64,000 bases of DNA, from contig CABUZX010000002.1 of assembly GCA_902496185.1 (NCBI GenBank), positions 40,769 to 104,768 on the forward strand, in the 5' to 3' direction. The stretch is from an uncultured Subdoligranulum sp. (GTDB lineage Bacteria > Bacillota > Clostridia > Christensenellales > CAG-314). Numbering within the stretch: position 1 is the stretch's first letter; the number at the start of each line of letters is the position of its first letter. Both the position numbers and the translations under genes were made by a program. This document shows, one piece after another, positions 10,421-18,420 of this stretch. The notes under the pieces are model-generated. The model ran no database searches, had not been told where the DNA came from, and was given only the letters and a program-made list of their open reading frames with translations.

Positions 10421-11659
10421 ATGAAAAAACTTTTATTGTACAATATCGGTCAAATTGCAACCTTTAGGGGTAACGCTCCCAAGCACGGCAAACAAATGCA
10501 GGAAGTTACCCTTATAAACAACGGTAGTATTTTGGTCGAAAATGGCAAAATAGCAGGAGTATTTGACCTTCCGCTTTCAAACTGTGACTATGAGGACGCG
10601 CAAAAAATTGATTGCCGTGGCAAACTCGTGACCGCAGGGTACGTTGACTGTCATACACATCTCGTTTTTGGCGGAAATCGCGCCAAAGAGTTTGAAATGA
10701 GGCTTGCAGGCAAATCTTATATGGAAATTATGCTTGCAGGCGGAGGTATAGTAAATACAGTAACGGCAACTCGCGAAACGTCGTTGGAAGATTTGCTTAA
10801 AATTTCAAAGCAACGCGTACAACGGGCGCTTGCTTACGGTGTGACTACGTTGGAGGCAAAAAGCGGTTACGGATTAGACGAGCAAACGGAGCTTAAGCAG
10901 TTGGAAATAGCGCAAAAACTCAATCAACTTACTCCCGTAGAGGTTGTGCCTACGTATATGGGCGCTCATGCGACGCCAAAAGGTGCGACTACCGAGCAAT
11001 ACGTTGAGTTTATCACTTCAAAAGCGTTGCCTGCCGTCAAAAAACAAGGAGTAGCTCGGTTTTGCGACTGTTTTTGCGAAAAAAACGTATTTGACGCACA
11101 ACAAAGCCGTAAAATTTTGCAAAGAGCTAAAGAGTTGGGCTTTGAGTTAAAACTTCATACTGACGAAATCGAAAGTATCGGTGGCGTTGGAGTTGCTTGC
11201 GGATTGGGGGCTGTGTCTATTGAACATCTTTTAAAAATCAAGGATGAAGATATAAAAATCCTTGCCGACAGCAATACCGTGGGGGTTGTGTTACCTGCAA
11301 CGGCTTTTAGTCTCAAAGAGCCTTACGCTCCTGCGCGCAAAATGATAGACGCAGGTTGCGCCGTGGCGTTGGCAACGGACTTTAATCCGGGCAGTTGTAA
11401 TACTCAAAGCATACCGTTGATTATTGCTTTGGCAAATATTTATTGCAAAATGTCTATGGCGGAAACTTTGTGCGCGCTTACTATTAACGGCGCTTGCGCA
11501 ATAAGTATGGGCGACAAAATCGGTACGATAGAAGAAGGCAAGCAAGCCGATCTACTGATTCACAACGTAGATAATCTACAAGATTTGTGTTACAACTTTG
11601 CCGCCGATACCGTTGACTCGGTAATAAAAGCAGGCAAAGTGGTTTTGCAAAAAAATTAA
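10421..11659 (+). CDS. hutI: imidazolonepropionase
   Basis: Amidohydrolase metal motif GYVDCHTHLVFGG and an ATDFNPGS motif. 412 aa; the start overlaps the upstream stop (TAATATG). Confidence 0.85.
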   Translation: MKKLLLYNIGQIATFRGNAPKHGKQMQEVTLINNGSILVENGKIAGVFDLPLSNCDYEDAQKIDCRGKLVTAGYVDCHTHLVFGGNRAKEFEMRLAGKSYMEIMLAGGGIVNTVTATRETSLEDLLKISKQRVQRALAYGVTTLEAKSGYGLDEQTELKQLEIAQKLNQLTPVEVVPTYMGAHATPKGATTEQYVEFITSKALPAVKKQGVARFCDCFCEKNVFDAQQSRKILQRAKELGFELKLHTDEIESIGGVGVACGLGAVSIEHLLKIKDEDIKILADSNTVGVVLPATAFSLKEPYAPARKMIDAGCAVALATDFNPGSCNTQSIPLIIALANIYCKMSMAETLCALTINGACAISMGDKIGTIEEGKQADLLIHNVDNLQDLCYNFAADTVDSVIKAGKVVLQKN

Positions 11660-11723
11660 TAAAAACAAAAACTACAAAATAAAGCAAACTTAATCAAACG
11701 GTTTGCCAAATAAAGGAGAAAAT

Positions 11724-12341
11724 ATGTTAAATCAACTTTCTGTAAAAGATTTTATATTGCAAACGGCAAGCGACGCGCCCGTACCGGGTGGCGGAAGTAT
11801 TTCTGCTTTGTGCGGGGCGCTTTCTTCTGCGCTTGCAAAAATGGTGGCAGGGCTTACTGTAGGTAAAAAAAATTACGAAGCTGTTTCTGACCGTATGCAA
11901 AAAGTTGTGGAGGAAATGCCAAGCTATATTGATACGTTGAGCGACCTTATCGAAAAGGACAGCGAAAGCTTTGACAAAGTTATGTTGGCATTTAGATTGC
12001 CAAAAGATACGGACGAAGCAAAAGCGTTGCGTCGCAAAGCTATAGACGACGCAACGGTGTACGCGGCGGAAATACCGCTCAAAACTGCTCAAACCGTAGC
12101 TCAATTGTTTGATACGTTGGAGTTTGTTGCAGAGTTTGGCAACAAAAACGCAATGAGCGATATTGCCGTTGCTACAATGCTTGCAAGGACGGCAATATTC
12201 GGCGCTTTGTACAACGTTAGAATAAATCTTGCGTCCTTGCCTGACGGAGAGTTTAAACAAACTACGTCTGTAGAGGTGCAAAAACTGCACGACCTTGCAA
12301 CAAGGCGCGAAACGGAAATTCTCGCAAAGGTAAAAATTTAA
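11724..12341 (+). CDS. formimidoyltetrahydrofolate cyclodeaminase-like protein (FTCD C-terminal-domain homologue)
   Basis: About 205 aa, all-helical, with the N-terminal signature F......S....PGGGS..AL.GAL..AL..MV. ATG at 11724 behind AAAGGAGAA. Confidence 0.65.
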   Translation: MLNQLSVKDFILQTASDAPVPGGGSISALCGALSSALAKMVAGLTVGKKNYEAVSDRMQKVVEEMPSYIDTLSDLIEKDSESFDKVMLAFRLPKDTDEAKALRRKAIDDATVYAAEIPLKTAQTVAQLFDTLEFVAEFGNKNAMSDIAVATMLARTAIFGALYNVRINLASLPDGEFKQTTSVEVQKLHDLATRRETEILAKVKI

Positions 12342-12355
12342 GTAAAAATAGCAAC

Positions 12356-12386
12356 AAAAAAACCGTTTGTCAAAACGGTTTTTTTA
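12356..12386. terminator. bidirectional intrinsic terminator
   Basis: aaaaaAACCGTTTgtcaAAACGGTTttttt lies between convergent genes. An A-run upstream and a T-run downstream serve both strands. Confidence 0.6.
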
Positions 12387-12689
12387 TTTTGTAATATTTT
12401 CGATAAATTCAACAAAATGCATCTTTGCCGATTCGTTCATTTTTGAGTAAGCCAAAAGCAATCTATATTTTTGCTCGTCTTGTTGAGAAATAGTTTCTTC
12501 GTGGTGTCTATCAAGCAGTTCGTCCAACGAGACGTCAAAAAAATCTGCAAGTTCTATTAGTTTTTTTATATCAGGCTCGGTGCGCCCTTTTTCCCAATCG
12601 CACAAGTTTCCTGCCGACATATTTAGTTTTTGAGCTAATTCTTTTTGAGTAAGCCCCATTTGTTTGCGCAATTCTTGTAATCGCAACAT
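12384..12689 (-). CDS. XRE-family HTH transcriptional regulator
   Basis: MLRLQELRKQMGLTQKELAQKLNMSAGNLCDWEKG is a classic Cro/CI HTH. ATG at 12689 behind GAGGAG. Confidence 0.75.
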   Translation of the reverse strand: MLRLQELRKQMGLTQKELAQKLNMSAGNLCDWEKGRTEPDIKKLIELADFFDVSLDELLDRHHEETISQQDEQKYRLLLAYSKMNESAKMHFVEFIENITK

Positions 12690-12708
12690 ATTATATCTCC
12701 TCAAAAAA

Positions 12709-12723
12709 TACTTGAATTAAGTA
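12709..12723. promoter_or_regulatory. 15-bp perfect palindrome TACTT-N5-AAGTA (candidate operator)
   Basis: TACTTGAATTAAGTA, 20 nt upstream of the XRE start codon. Confidence 0.4.
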
Positions 12724-12752
12724 TAATTTTATAATATTTATACTTGACAATC

Positions 12753-12781
12753 TTGACATTTCGTAAAATAAGTACTATAAT
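12753..12781 (+). promoter_or_regulatory. sigma-70-like promoter (TTGACA-17-TATAAT)
   Basis: Consensus hexamers with a 17-nt spacer, upstream of the 12843 CDS. Confidence 0.5.
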
Positions 12782-12791
12782 CTTGTAGAAA

Positions 12792-12806
12792 TACTTAAAA
12801 TAAGTA
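12792..12806. promoter_or_regulatory. second TACTT-N5-AAGTA palindrome (candidate operator)
   Basis: TACTTAAAATAAGTA, just downstream of the -10 box of the + strand promoter. Confidence 0.4.
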
Positions 12807-12842
12807 TTTGACGGGAGAAAAATATAAAAACAGGAGAAAATT

Positions 12843-13667
12843 ATGGAAATGGAAAATGTTATTCCTACAGAAAACAAGGCAAGAGAAACGTTATTTTCGT
12901 TGTTTTCGGGCAAAAGAATGTTGTTTATTGTTATTTTGTTTGCAATATCGTTGATTATGCAAATTATCTCTGCAGCAACTAGTGAATCCGGATTAGGCGC
13001 TATTGCAGAATTATTGGACTCTTTTATGGAAGATGGTAGTGGAGAATTAAGCTCATTGGTAAATACGATAGATAATATCATTAAGATTGTAAATTTCATA
13101 TTGTTGATTCCGTTGGCTTTGTATACGCTATCAGTATTGTTTTTTTACATTGGTGGTAAAAAATATGACAAAACAAAGGTGTCTCTTGGAGCAAAATTTT
13201 TCAAAATTTATAACATAATTTATATGGTATATTACGGACTTTGTATGGCAGGTATAGCAATTATTGGAGTAGTGTTATGTATCATTTTTGCGGAAATAGG
13301 AGAGTCTGTTGTTTTGCCTATAATATTATGCCTTGTGTTTATTGGTATAGTATATTTGATTGCAAGTTTATATACTAAGTCATTTATTATGGCAAGAGGT
13401 ATTTCAGACGTAATGCAAACTGGTAAAAATCAACTTTACGTTTTTAAATACGTAATTTTTATGAATTGGCTTATGGGTATTGGTGCTATTCTCGGTGGTA
13501 TTGGCAACGGCATAGTTGCACTGATTTCTGGCGTACTGATTGGTTTGACTTATATCTTTATTGCAACTATTTTCAGTAGTTACAAAAAGGAAATGGGGTT
13601 GCCTTCAAAAGAAGAAATGTCTAATGCTCCTTCTTTGCAAAAGCTTGCTAACAAATATAAAAAATAA
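12843..13667 (+). CDS. hypothetical multi-pass membrane protein
   Basis: 274-aa ORF with a CAGGAGAAAA RBS and at least 5 hydrophobic helices. Confidence 0.55.
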   Translation: MEMENVIPTENKARETLFSLFSGKRMLFIVILFAISLIMQIISAATSESGLGAIAELLDSFMEDGSGELSSLVNTIDNIIKIVNFILLIPLALYTLSVLFFYIGGKKYDKTKVSLGAKFFKIYNIIYMVYYGLCMAGIAIIGVVLCIIFAEIGESVVLPIILCLVFIGIVYLIASLYTKSFIMARGISDVMQTGKNQLYVFKYVIFMNWLMGIGAILGGIGNGIVALISGVLIGLTYIFIATIFSSYKKEMGLPSKEEMSNAPSLQKLANKYKK

Positions 13668-14124
13668 TAGACTTTTTTCAACGGGTGGTTAAGATTACTT
13701 CCTATATGGGGCGGGTGGTTTTTTATTGTTTTCGTTTATATGCCCGACCGAACAAAATTGATAACTTTTTTAACTTATAAAAATTTTACTACTTATTTTT
13801 TTAACCGCCCGTTGAACGAAGCATATATCACTCTCGTCAAACAAATAAACAGTGCATTCAAAAAGGTGTGCTGTTTATTTATTAGTAGAAGGGTATTATT
13901 GATTTTTAATATTATTTAAGGACTTTTTTGCAAAATCAATTTATAGTATAGGCGCAATATCAGAAGCAATAGGTTTGGCTGATTTTAAAGAATTTGGAAA
14001 ATAGGGGTATTTAAGGAGCTTAAAAGGGTATGGCTTTAAAAAACCGACAAAATATTACAAATTTGAAGTTAAAACAGCTAAAAAAAATCCTTGTTTTTTC
14101 TATAAAATAATTTAAAAAAAACGA

Positions 14125-14165
14125 CGAAAAAAACGACGCAAAATTACAACTTTTCGCGTCGTTTT
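14125..14165 (-). terminator. intrinsic terminator after rubredoxin
   Basis: On the minus strand, ACGACGC...GCGTCGT is followed by TTTTTTT. Confidence 0.6.
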
Positions 14166-14184
14166 GTTGTGTCAAAGGCGGTGA

Positions 14185-14340
14185 TTATTCTTGAGAAAAA
14201 TCTTCCTTACCTACACCGCACAAAGGGCATAGCCAACCTTCTGGGAGATCTTCCCACGCAGTGCCCGGGGCAATACCATTGTCAGGATCGCCGACAGTGG
14301 GGTCGTAAGTATATCCGCAAATATTGCAAACGTGTTTCAT
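14185..14340 (-). CDS. rub: rubredoxin
   Basis: 51 aa: [14 protein letters not shown]...W.CP.CG, with two CxxCG knuckles. The track ORF is N-terminally over-extended. Confidence 0.85.
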   Translation of the reverse strand: MKHVCNICGYTYDPTVGDPDNGIAPGTAWEDLPEGWLCPLCGVGKEDFSQE

Positions 14341-14354
14341 ATATTTCTCCTTAT

Positions 14355-14729
14355 TTATTTCTTCCAAAGGCCGTGAAGATTGCAGTATTCGTAAACAGCT
14401 TCCACCTCGTCGCCGTCGCAGAGAGAGAAGCATGCGGTGGGCTTGCTATCTGCAGGGATCAACTTTCTTTGGTTGCCATATTTGGTTTGTATGGAAATCC
14501 ATTCGATATGGTGTTCTGTTGTCATTGGATGTTCAACTTCGCCAACAGTGACAAATACTTTGTTGTCTTTTACCGTATATACGGGCACGTGTTTTTCTGT
14601 TGAGGCGTCGGTAGTGCCGGGGACAAGTTCTTCCATTTTTTGTCCGCAACACATAACGGGTACGCCCGTGTCTTTGACCATTGCTACGATATTTCCGCAA
14701 TGAGCGCATCTTAAAAATCTTTGTTTCAT
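14355..14729 (-). CDS. dfx: desulfoferrodoxin (2Fe superoxide reductase)
   Basis: N-terminal desulforedoxin-like CxxC...CC (CAHCGN...MCCGQ). The C-terminal SOR domain has EKHVP, HPM..EHHI and C..HGLW. Confidence 0.85.
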   Translation of the reverse strand: MKQRFLRCAHCGNIVAMVKDTGVPVMCCGQKMEELVPGTTDASTEKHVPVYTVKDNKVFVTVGEVEHPMTTEHHIEWISIQTKYGNQRKLIPADSKPTACFSLCDGDEVEAVYEYCNLHGLWKK

Positions 14730-14894
14730 TTATTTTGTCTCCTTTTTTGTGATGTTTTTATAATTATAATATTATTTGACAAATTTTTCAATACTTTTTT
14801 TAAAAAATAAAAAAGAAATTTTATTTGCAAAAATTTTTGTTAAAAAAAGAGCATAACAGCTAAAAGCTACACCCTTTATTTTTTGTATATTTGA

Positions 14895-15440
14895 TTAAAG
14901 CATTTCAAGAATAGAATCCACGTCAGAAATCGTGGCGTCATAAGTTTCTTTTAAATATTTTATACCATAATTATAATCTTCTTCAGTAAAAGAATCAGTA
15001 GCATCTTTTGCCACTATTACGTCATAACCGTATTGATAAGCATCAGCCGAAGTATGGCGTACGCACATGTGCGTGTGGAGTCCCGTCATAATGACGGTAT
15101 TTACGCCGAGTTCGTCCAACAAAAGTTTTAAATCTGTTTGAAAGAAACCACTATAACGGCGTTTTGGTACTACGTAATCTTTTTCGCAAAGTTCAAGTTC
15201 CGGAATAACCTTTGCGCCTTCCGTGCCGACAATAGCGTGGTCTCCCCAAAACTTTAGCTCGTGGTCAACGTCTTTTAGGTGTGCGTCATTACAAAAAATA
15301 ACAGGAACGCCCTTTTGTCTGCAACCCGCTAAAAGTTGTTTTGTTTTTGGGACGATTGCCAAACCGCGTTCGCATTTGAGCGCGCCCGTTACAAAGTCGT
15401 TTAACATATCAACGACCAATACTGCATACTTTTTTTTCAT
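14895..15440 (-). CDS. pncA: isochorismatase-family hydrolase, probable nicotinamidase
   Basis: VLVVDMLNDF and TGLHTHMCV (catalytic Cys context). Divergent from niaR. ATG at 15440 behind AAGGAGA. Confidence 0.7.
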   Translation of the reverse strand: MKKKYAVLVVDMLNDFVTGALKCERGLAIVPKTKQLLAGCRQKGVPVIFCNDAHLKDVDHELKFWGDHAIVGTEGAKVIPELELCEKDYVVPKRRYSGFFQTDLKLLLDELGVNTVIMTGLHTHMCVRHTSADAYQYGYDVIVAKDATDSFTEEDYNYGIKYLKETYDATISDVDSILEML

Positions 15441-15580
15441 TGTTGTATCTCCTTTGTGTATATTTACGTGTATATACATATAATACTGCTTGTTTTTTAT
15501 TTTGTCAACGATAATGGCGTTGCTTTTTGTTTTTAAGTGTGCTAAAATATCATTAATTATTTTTGAGGAAGAAGCAAGTG

Positions 15581-16099
15581 ATGAACGGAGAGCAAAGAAG
15601 AAACATGATTATTTGTCGTCTAAAAGAGGCAACTACGCCGATTAGCGCAACTCGTTTAGCGGAAGAGTTTTCGGTAACCAGGCAAATTATTGTAGCGGAT
15701 ATAGCGCTTTTGCGGGCAATGGGGCATGGGATTCGTTCAGAACATCGTGGATACGTATTTGACAAAGTTGAAAACATTGGTATATTAAAACGCATTGTGG
15801 TAAAGCACGGCAAGGATTCTGTCAAAGATGAGTTTTATGCCGTCGTAGATAACGGAGGCAAGGTGCTTGACGTAATAGTGGAGCATTTGATGTATGGGAT
15901 GATTTCCGTCAAATTAGATATTTCTACACGCTATGATGCCGATATTTTTGTGTCCAAAATAAAAGAAACGGGAGCAAGTCCGTTGTCGGCTTTGACGGAA
16001 GGGTTGCACATTCATACGGTGGCGGTTCCTGATGAAAATTGCTATGAAAGAATTGTAAATAAATTGACTGAATTAAAAATTTATATTGAATCGAATTAA
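15581..16099 (+). CDS. niaR: NiaR (YrxA)-type NAD-salvage transcriptional repressor (HTH + 3H domain)
   Basis: N-terminal HTH (ISATRLAEEFSVTRQIIVADIALLRAMG) and a C-terminal domain with His residues typical of the 3H domain. pncA is adjacent. Confidence 0.7.
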   Translation: MNGEQRRNMIICRLKEATTPISATRLAEEFSVTRQIIVADIALLRAMGHGIRSEHRGYVFDKVENIGILKRIVVKHGKDSVKDEFYAVVDNGGKVLDVIVEHLMYGMISVKLDISTRYDADIFVSKIKETGASPLSALTEGLHIHTVAVPDENCYERIVNKLTELKIYIESN

Positions 16100-16100
16100 T

Positions 16101-16133
16101 AAAAACAAAAAAGCACGGATAAGCCGTGCTTTA
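16101..16133 (-). terminator. intrinsic terminator (copy 1 of a duplicated hairpin)
   Basis: On the minus strand, AGCACGGcttatCCGTGCT is followed by TTTTTTGTTTTT. Confidence 0.5.
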
Positions 16134-16240
16134 TGGCGCGCCTTAAGGAGCTCGCGGTTTTGCCTATCGGCTCAACCCACGCCGCCTCGGGGAGGACGAT
16201 GCACTGCATCATCCTCTGTATCCCTCGGATTCTCGCTCCT
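16134..16240 (-). ncRNA. tRNA-Arg 3'-end fragment (21 nt incl. CCA) fused to an approx. 86-nt GC-rich structured segment; possible tRNA-derived sRNA or integration scar
   Basis: The last 21 nt match the tRNA-Arg 3' end exactly. It contains an 11-bp hairpin (16192-16216), sits between two terminators and is much more GC-rich than its flanks. Confidence 0.3.
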
Positions 16241-16244
16241 AATT

Positions 16245-16277
16245 AAAAACAAAAAAGCACGGATAAACCGTGCTTTA
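16245..16277 (-). terminator. intrinsic terminator after tRNA-Arg (copy 2)
   Basis: The same hairpin as at 16101-16133 with one loop difference, followed by a T-run on the minus strand. Confidence 0.6.
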
Positions 16278-16354
16278 TGGCGCGCCTTAAGGAGCTCGAA
16301 TCCCTAACCTTTGGTTCCGTAGACCAACGCTCTATCCAATTGAGCTAAAGGCGC
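16278..16354 (-). tRNA. tRNA-Arg (anticodon ACG), CCA encoded
   Basis: Minus strand reads GCGCCTTTAGCTCAATTGGATAGAGCGTTGGTCTACGGAACCAAAGGTTAGGGATTCGAGCTCCTTAAGGCGCGCCA. It folds as a cloverleaf with a 7-bp acceptor stem, anticodon loop CTACGGA and a TTCGAGC T-loop. Confidence 0.9.
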
Positions 16355-16375
16355 ATATTGCTTTTTTGCTAAAAC

Positions 16376-16404
16376 AGTATAGGTCAAAAACTTGGATTTG
16401 TCAA
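16376..16404 (-). promoter_or_regulatory. sigma-70-like promoter for tRNA-Arg (TTGACA-17-TATACT)
   Basis: Read on the minus strand. It would give a leader of roughly 15 nt before the tRNA 5' end. Confidence 0.5.
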
Positions 16405-16502
16405 ACGAATTTAAAAACTTTTAAAAAAATGTTTTTATTTTTTACAAAAGTAATTACAGGGTTTTAAGGCGCAACTTTTGGTTGCGCCTTAAAATACATT
16501 GA

Positions 16503-17459
16503 TTAGTCGTAAAGTTGTGAAACGCTCGTAAAGGAATAGATACGTTCGATTGCCTCTGCAAACAAATCCGCAACGGTAACTTGTTGGATTTTTTCGATTT
16601 GTCTTTCTTCCGGCTGGTGAATCGTGTCAAGAATAATAACTTTTTTAAGTACGCTGTCTTCAAGACGTTTGATAGCAGGACCGCTGAGTACGCCGTGAGA
16701 GCAACAAGCGTAAATTTCCTTTGCGCCGTTGTCTGCAAGGGCTTTTGCGCCTTGTGTGATTGTGCCGGCAGTGTCAATCATATCGTCCAACATCAAACAA
16801 ACCTTGCCTTTTACGTCGCCGATAATATTCATAACTTCCATAACGTTAGCTTTTGGACGGCGTTTGTCGATAATTGCCATAGGCGCGTCGAATTTTGCGG
16901 CCATTGCACGACTGCGCGCTACGCTACCCACGTCGGGGCTGACGATAACGAGGTCGTCGTTTTTAAATCCGTTGCGCAAAAAGTATTTTGCTAAAACGGG
17001 CATACCTAAAAGATTATCGACGGGGATATCGAAAAATCCCTGAATTTGCGTACTGTGCAAATCCATTGTCAAAATTCTGTCGGCGCCTGCAGTTTGCAAA
17101 AGGTTTGCCACCAACTTTGCCGTGATTGGGTCTCTTGCTCTTGCTTTGCGGTCTTGACGAGCGTAGCCGAAGTAGGGCATAACAACGGAGCAACTTGCGC
17201 AACTTGCGCGTTTAAATGCGTCAATCATAACGAGCAATTCCATCAAATTGTCGTTGACGGGTTCGCTGGTGGACTGAATAACGAATACGTTGCATCCTCT
17301 GACTGTTTCGCCGATAGAAACGCTTACTTCTCCGTCGGAGAAACGCGATACTTCACACTTGCCGAGAGGCAGTTCAAGTTTGTCTGCAATAGCTTTTGCC
17401 AATTGGGGACAGGAGTTGCCGGCAAAAATTTTTACTTCGCCGTGGTTCATGTTTATCAT
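16503..17459 (-). CDS. prs: ribose-phosphate pyrophosphokinase
   Basis: KIFAGNS...LA..IA, the DLH..QIQGFF motif and the PRPP-binding loop [10 protein letters not shown]. 318 aa. Confidence 0.9.
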   Translation of the reverse strand: MINMNHGEVKIFAGNSCPQLAKAIADKLELPLGKCEVSRFSDGEVSVSIGETVRGCNVFVIQSTSEPVNDNLMELLVMIDAFKRASCASCSVVMPYFGYARQDRKARARDPITAKLVANLLQTAGADRILTMDLHSTQIQGFFDIPVDNLLGMPVLAKYFLRNGFKNDDLVIVSPDVGSVARSRAMAAKFDAPMAIIDKRRPKANVMEVMNIIGDVKGKVCLMLDDMIDTAGTITQGAKALADNGAKEIYACCSHGVLSGPAIKRLEDSVLKKVIILDTIHQPEERQIEKIQQVTVADLFAEAIERIYSFTSVSQLYD

Positions 17460-17580
17460 AACAAATACCTCTTTTTGTAAGATAATTGTATAATAATCTC
17501 AAACCTAATTTATGTCAAGCAAAAAGCGGGACAAGCAAAATTTTTGTCAAAAAAACCTTTTTTTTGGTGGCTTTTTTGTT

Positions 17581-17745
17581 TCAATTTGTGATGCCGAGTC
17601 TACGGGGACATCCCTCGAAACCCTCGCAAGGCGCAACGCTACAAACTACGCCGTCGTTTCCGTCGGCAATGGATACACAGTCGGAAAAAAGACAGTTGGC
17701 GCAACCGCAGGGCAGTTTTTTTTGATTATTGTTTGTTAATTCCAT
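17581..17745 (-). CDS. small cysteine-rich protein (54 aa), absent from the ORF track
   Basis: ATG at 17745 lies 7 nt after AAGGAGA. Sequence MELTNNNQKKLPCGCANCLFSDCVSIADGNDGVVCSVAPCEGFEGCPRRLGITN has 7 Cys. Same strand as prs and upstream of it. Confidence 0.5.
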   Translation of the reverse strand: MELTNNNQKKLPCGCANCLFSDCVSIADGNDGVVCSVAPCEGFEGCPRRLGITN

Positions 17746-17906
17746 AAAAATCTCCTTGTTTTTTTATTTTGTGGGCTAATTCAATACGTAAAATTTTTTT
17801 TCAATACTTGCTCTTTGTTAAGTATTATTCCGTACTTGACAAAAAATATACTTTGTAATAAACTAAAAAAAAGCGTTTTTAAAACGCAAAAAGGAGCAAA
17901 TGCAAA

Positions 17907-18344
17907 ATGAAAGTTATTTTACTCGCCGACGTCAAAGGACAAGGCAAAAAGAACGATATAATAAACGTCAACGACGGCTATGCTAAAAACTTTTTAATCA
18001 AAAAAGGTCTTGCCGTCAGCGCTACCGTTGACGCTGTCAACAAGGCGGAAACGGCAAAAGCCAACGAGGCAAAACTTCGCGAACAACAACGTCAAAAAGC
18101 GCTTGCAGACGCAAAGGCTCTTTCTTCTGCGGTGGTCACGATTGTAGCAAACCACGGCGAACAGGGGCGTATATTCGGGAGTATAACTTCTAAGGAAATA
18201 GCCGAGCAACTTGCAAGTCAAGGATACGACGTAGATAAAAAGAATATCGTTTTGAAGGAACCTATCAAGGTCGTTGGCAAATATTCCTTGACGGTAAAAC
18301 TGTTTCCGGAAATTTCGGCGGAAATCACTGTCAACGTAACATAA
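17907..18344 (+). CDS. rplI: 50S ribosomal protein L9
   Basis: [36 protein letters not shown] is the canonical L9 N-terminus. 145 aa. Confidence 0.9.
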   Translation: MKVILLADVKGQGKKNDIINVNDGYAKNFLIKKGLAVSATVDAVNKAETAKANEAKLREQQRQKALADAKALSSAVVTIVANHGEQGRIFGSITSKEIAEQLASQGYDVDKKNIVLKEPIKVVGKYSLTVKLFPEISAEITVNVT

Positions 18345-18420
18345 ATTTTGTTAAAAAATAAAGAATAATTATTAGCAAATTAAATCGTACTGCGATACGG
18401 TGTTTTGACGGGAGGCAAAG

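Noticed and set aside
12701-13099. 132-aa minus-strand ORF overlapping the divergent promoter region and the 12843 gene
   Set aside because: It runs antisense through an AT-rich promoter and the membrane-protein gene. It is an Ile/Asn/Lys-rich low-complexity translation without an RBS.
14169-14603. 144-aa + strand ORF (and 14324-14551, 14437-14703)
   Set aside because: These are antisense to rubredoxin and desulfoferrodoxin, both of which have unmistakable metal-binding motifs on the minus strand.
16086-16307. 73-aa + strand ORF in the track
   Set aside because: It is read across the duplicated terminator, the tRNA-Arg 3' fragment and the GC-rich insert. Its internal repeat (KNKKARI.RALWRALRSS twice) simply mirrors the 54-bp DNA duplication, and it has no RBS.
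16278-16354. Prophage or integrative element at tRNA-Arg or tRNA-Val
   Set aside because: No integrase, recombinase, transposase or phage structural gene is visible anywhere in the window. Only short duplications or relics are present, and these are reported as findings.
16466-16490. Perfect 10-bp hairpin AAGGCGCAACttttGTTGCGCCTT as the prs terminator
   Set aside because: The T-run lies 5' and the A-run 3' of the hairpin whichever strand is read, so it is not a canonical hairpin-then-U intrinsic terminator. It may still be an RNA-stability element, but I do not call it a terminator.
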